Part shown: positions 63,006 to 64,000 of the stretch, one piece after another
How the letters are laid out: every line of letters begins with the position of its first letter
How positions within the stretch are numbered: position 1 is the stretch's first letter
Assembly (NCBI RefSeq): GCF_004010195.1
Contig: NC_057719.1
Location: 77,474,743 to 77,538,742 of the forward strand
Direction of reading: 5' to 3'
DNA from: Chiloscyllium plagiosum
Taxonomy: Eukaryota
Length of the DNA: 64,000 nucleotides
Position numbers and translations under genes: made by a program
The notes under the pieces: generated by a model
Databases searched by the model: none
What the model was told of the DNA's origin: nothing
What the model saw: only the letters and a program-made list of their open reading frames with translations

Positions 63006-64000
63006 CCAAGTAAGTTTGTTTCCAAGTATTAGGAATATATATTAAAAAAGATTTCCCTCTGGTGGTTGCATTACTGGGTAGGGTCACTATTCTCAGTGGC
63101 GCTGATGGGGCATTGGAGAGCTGCCAGTCTCTAACTCACCAGCAGCTCTCAGAGGCAGGACTTCCACTTCCTGGGGTCCTAAATCCCAGGGAAGACCCAA
63201 TGCTGGCCACCGAAGTGCCTGATAACTGAATTTTGTTAGGTCTCCCTCATGAAGTGCCATAAATCTGCTGTTTCTTCAACCAATACAGGGCAGGCATCAG
63301 GAACACTGCATCAAGTTCACTGTCATCACATTCCTTCTGATATTCAGCCATAGGATAGCATTTAATGTATGACCATGTGCTTAACCCCCAGTCTGGACCA
63401 TTAATTGACCAATGTTGGGACTAATGATCCTCTTACTCCACAGACATCTGCAGAGGAAGTCCTGTCTCCAAGGATTGTTGGCCACCCGGATTAGCCAATA
63501 GCTGTTTGGTCCCAAGAGTGCCACCAGGAACAGTGGACTCTGTTGGAACTGCAGCCACACCCATTGAAAAAGAGCCAGGTGCACGGTAAGTTTATGGAGC
63601 TCACAATCAGCCTGGACAGGAAGGATTGCTAAGGTGGGAGTTTTGAGGTGAGAGATGGGTAAAAATTTCAGGGAGGGAGAGGGCACTGATAATGTTGAAA
63701 CAGTGTGGAGAGCTCGATGGAGATCTGATTGGAAACGATAGCCTGTGAAGGAAATAACACTTCTTTTCCACCTGATGGCCAAACAGGCTATCCTGCTGGG
63801 AACGTTGTCCTCTTCCTACTGGCTGGAAAATTGCAGTTGAGGTGGGTATTGACCCTTAGTTGAACACTTAGAGCCTCAATGGCAGTGAGGATGGGCAGGC
63901 TACCCTAGGCTTACCCCACCGCCCAAATTGCAATGCCAAGGTTGGGACTGGCAGAAAGGCAGCAAGAAAGTCAGCTGTAGATCTTCAAAGACCCTTTGTC

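Overview
Repeat-dominated, apparently non-coding vertebrate DNA. The HE1-type tRNA SINEs, CR1/HER1-like LINEs and Deu-domain SINE relics point to a cartilaginous fish, probably a shark (inference from recalled consensus sequences). I found no intact host gene. The ORFs I could assign are decayed CR1, Rex1, Gypsy or Penelope-like (PLE) pieces or translated repeats. Main points of interest: (1) many PLE terminal-repeat (pLTR) fragments from at least four families carry minimal hammerhead ribozyme (HHR) motifs, including short fold-back insertions, most TSD-flanked, with a ribozyme motif on each strand; (2) a 689-bp-arm inverted duplication (7380-9112) with clustered mismatches; (3) non-autonomous elements that share the Rex1 3' tail and carry internal minisatellites; (4) a 116-bp locally templated insertion inside a minisatellite; (5) a TA-flanked Tigger/pogo-like MITE spanning a 129-N gap; (6) a decayed Gypsy element with nested insertions. 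Family names come from motif recognition, not database searches. Boundaries of old repeats are approximate.
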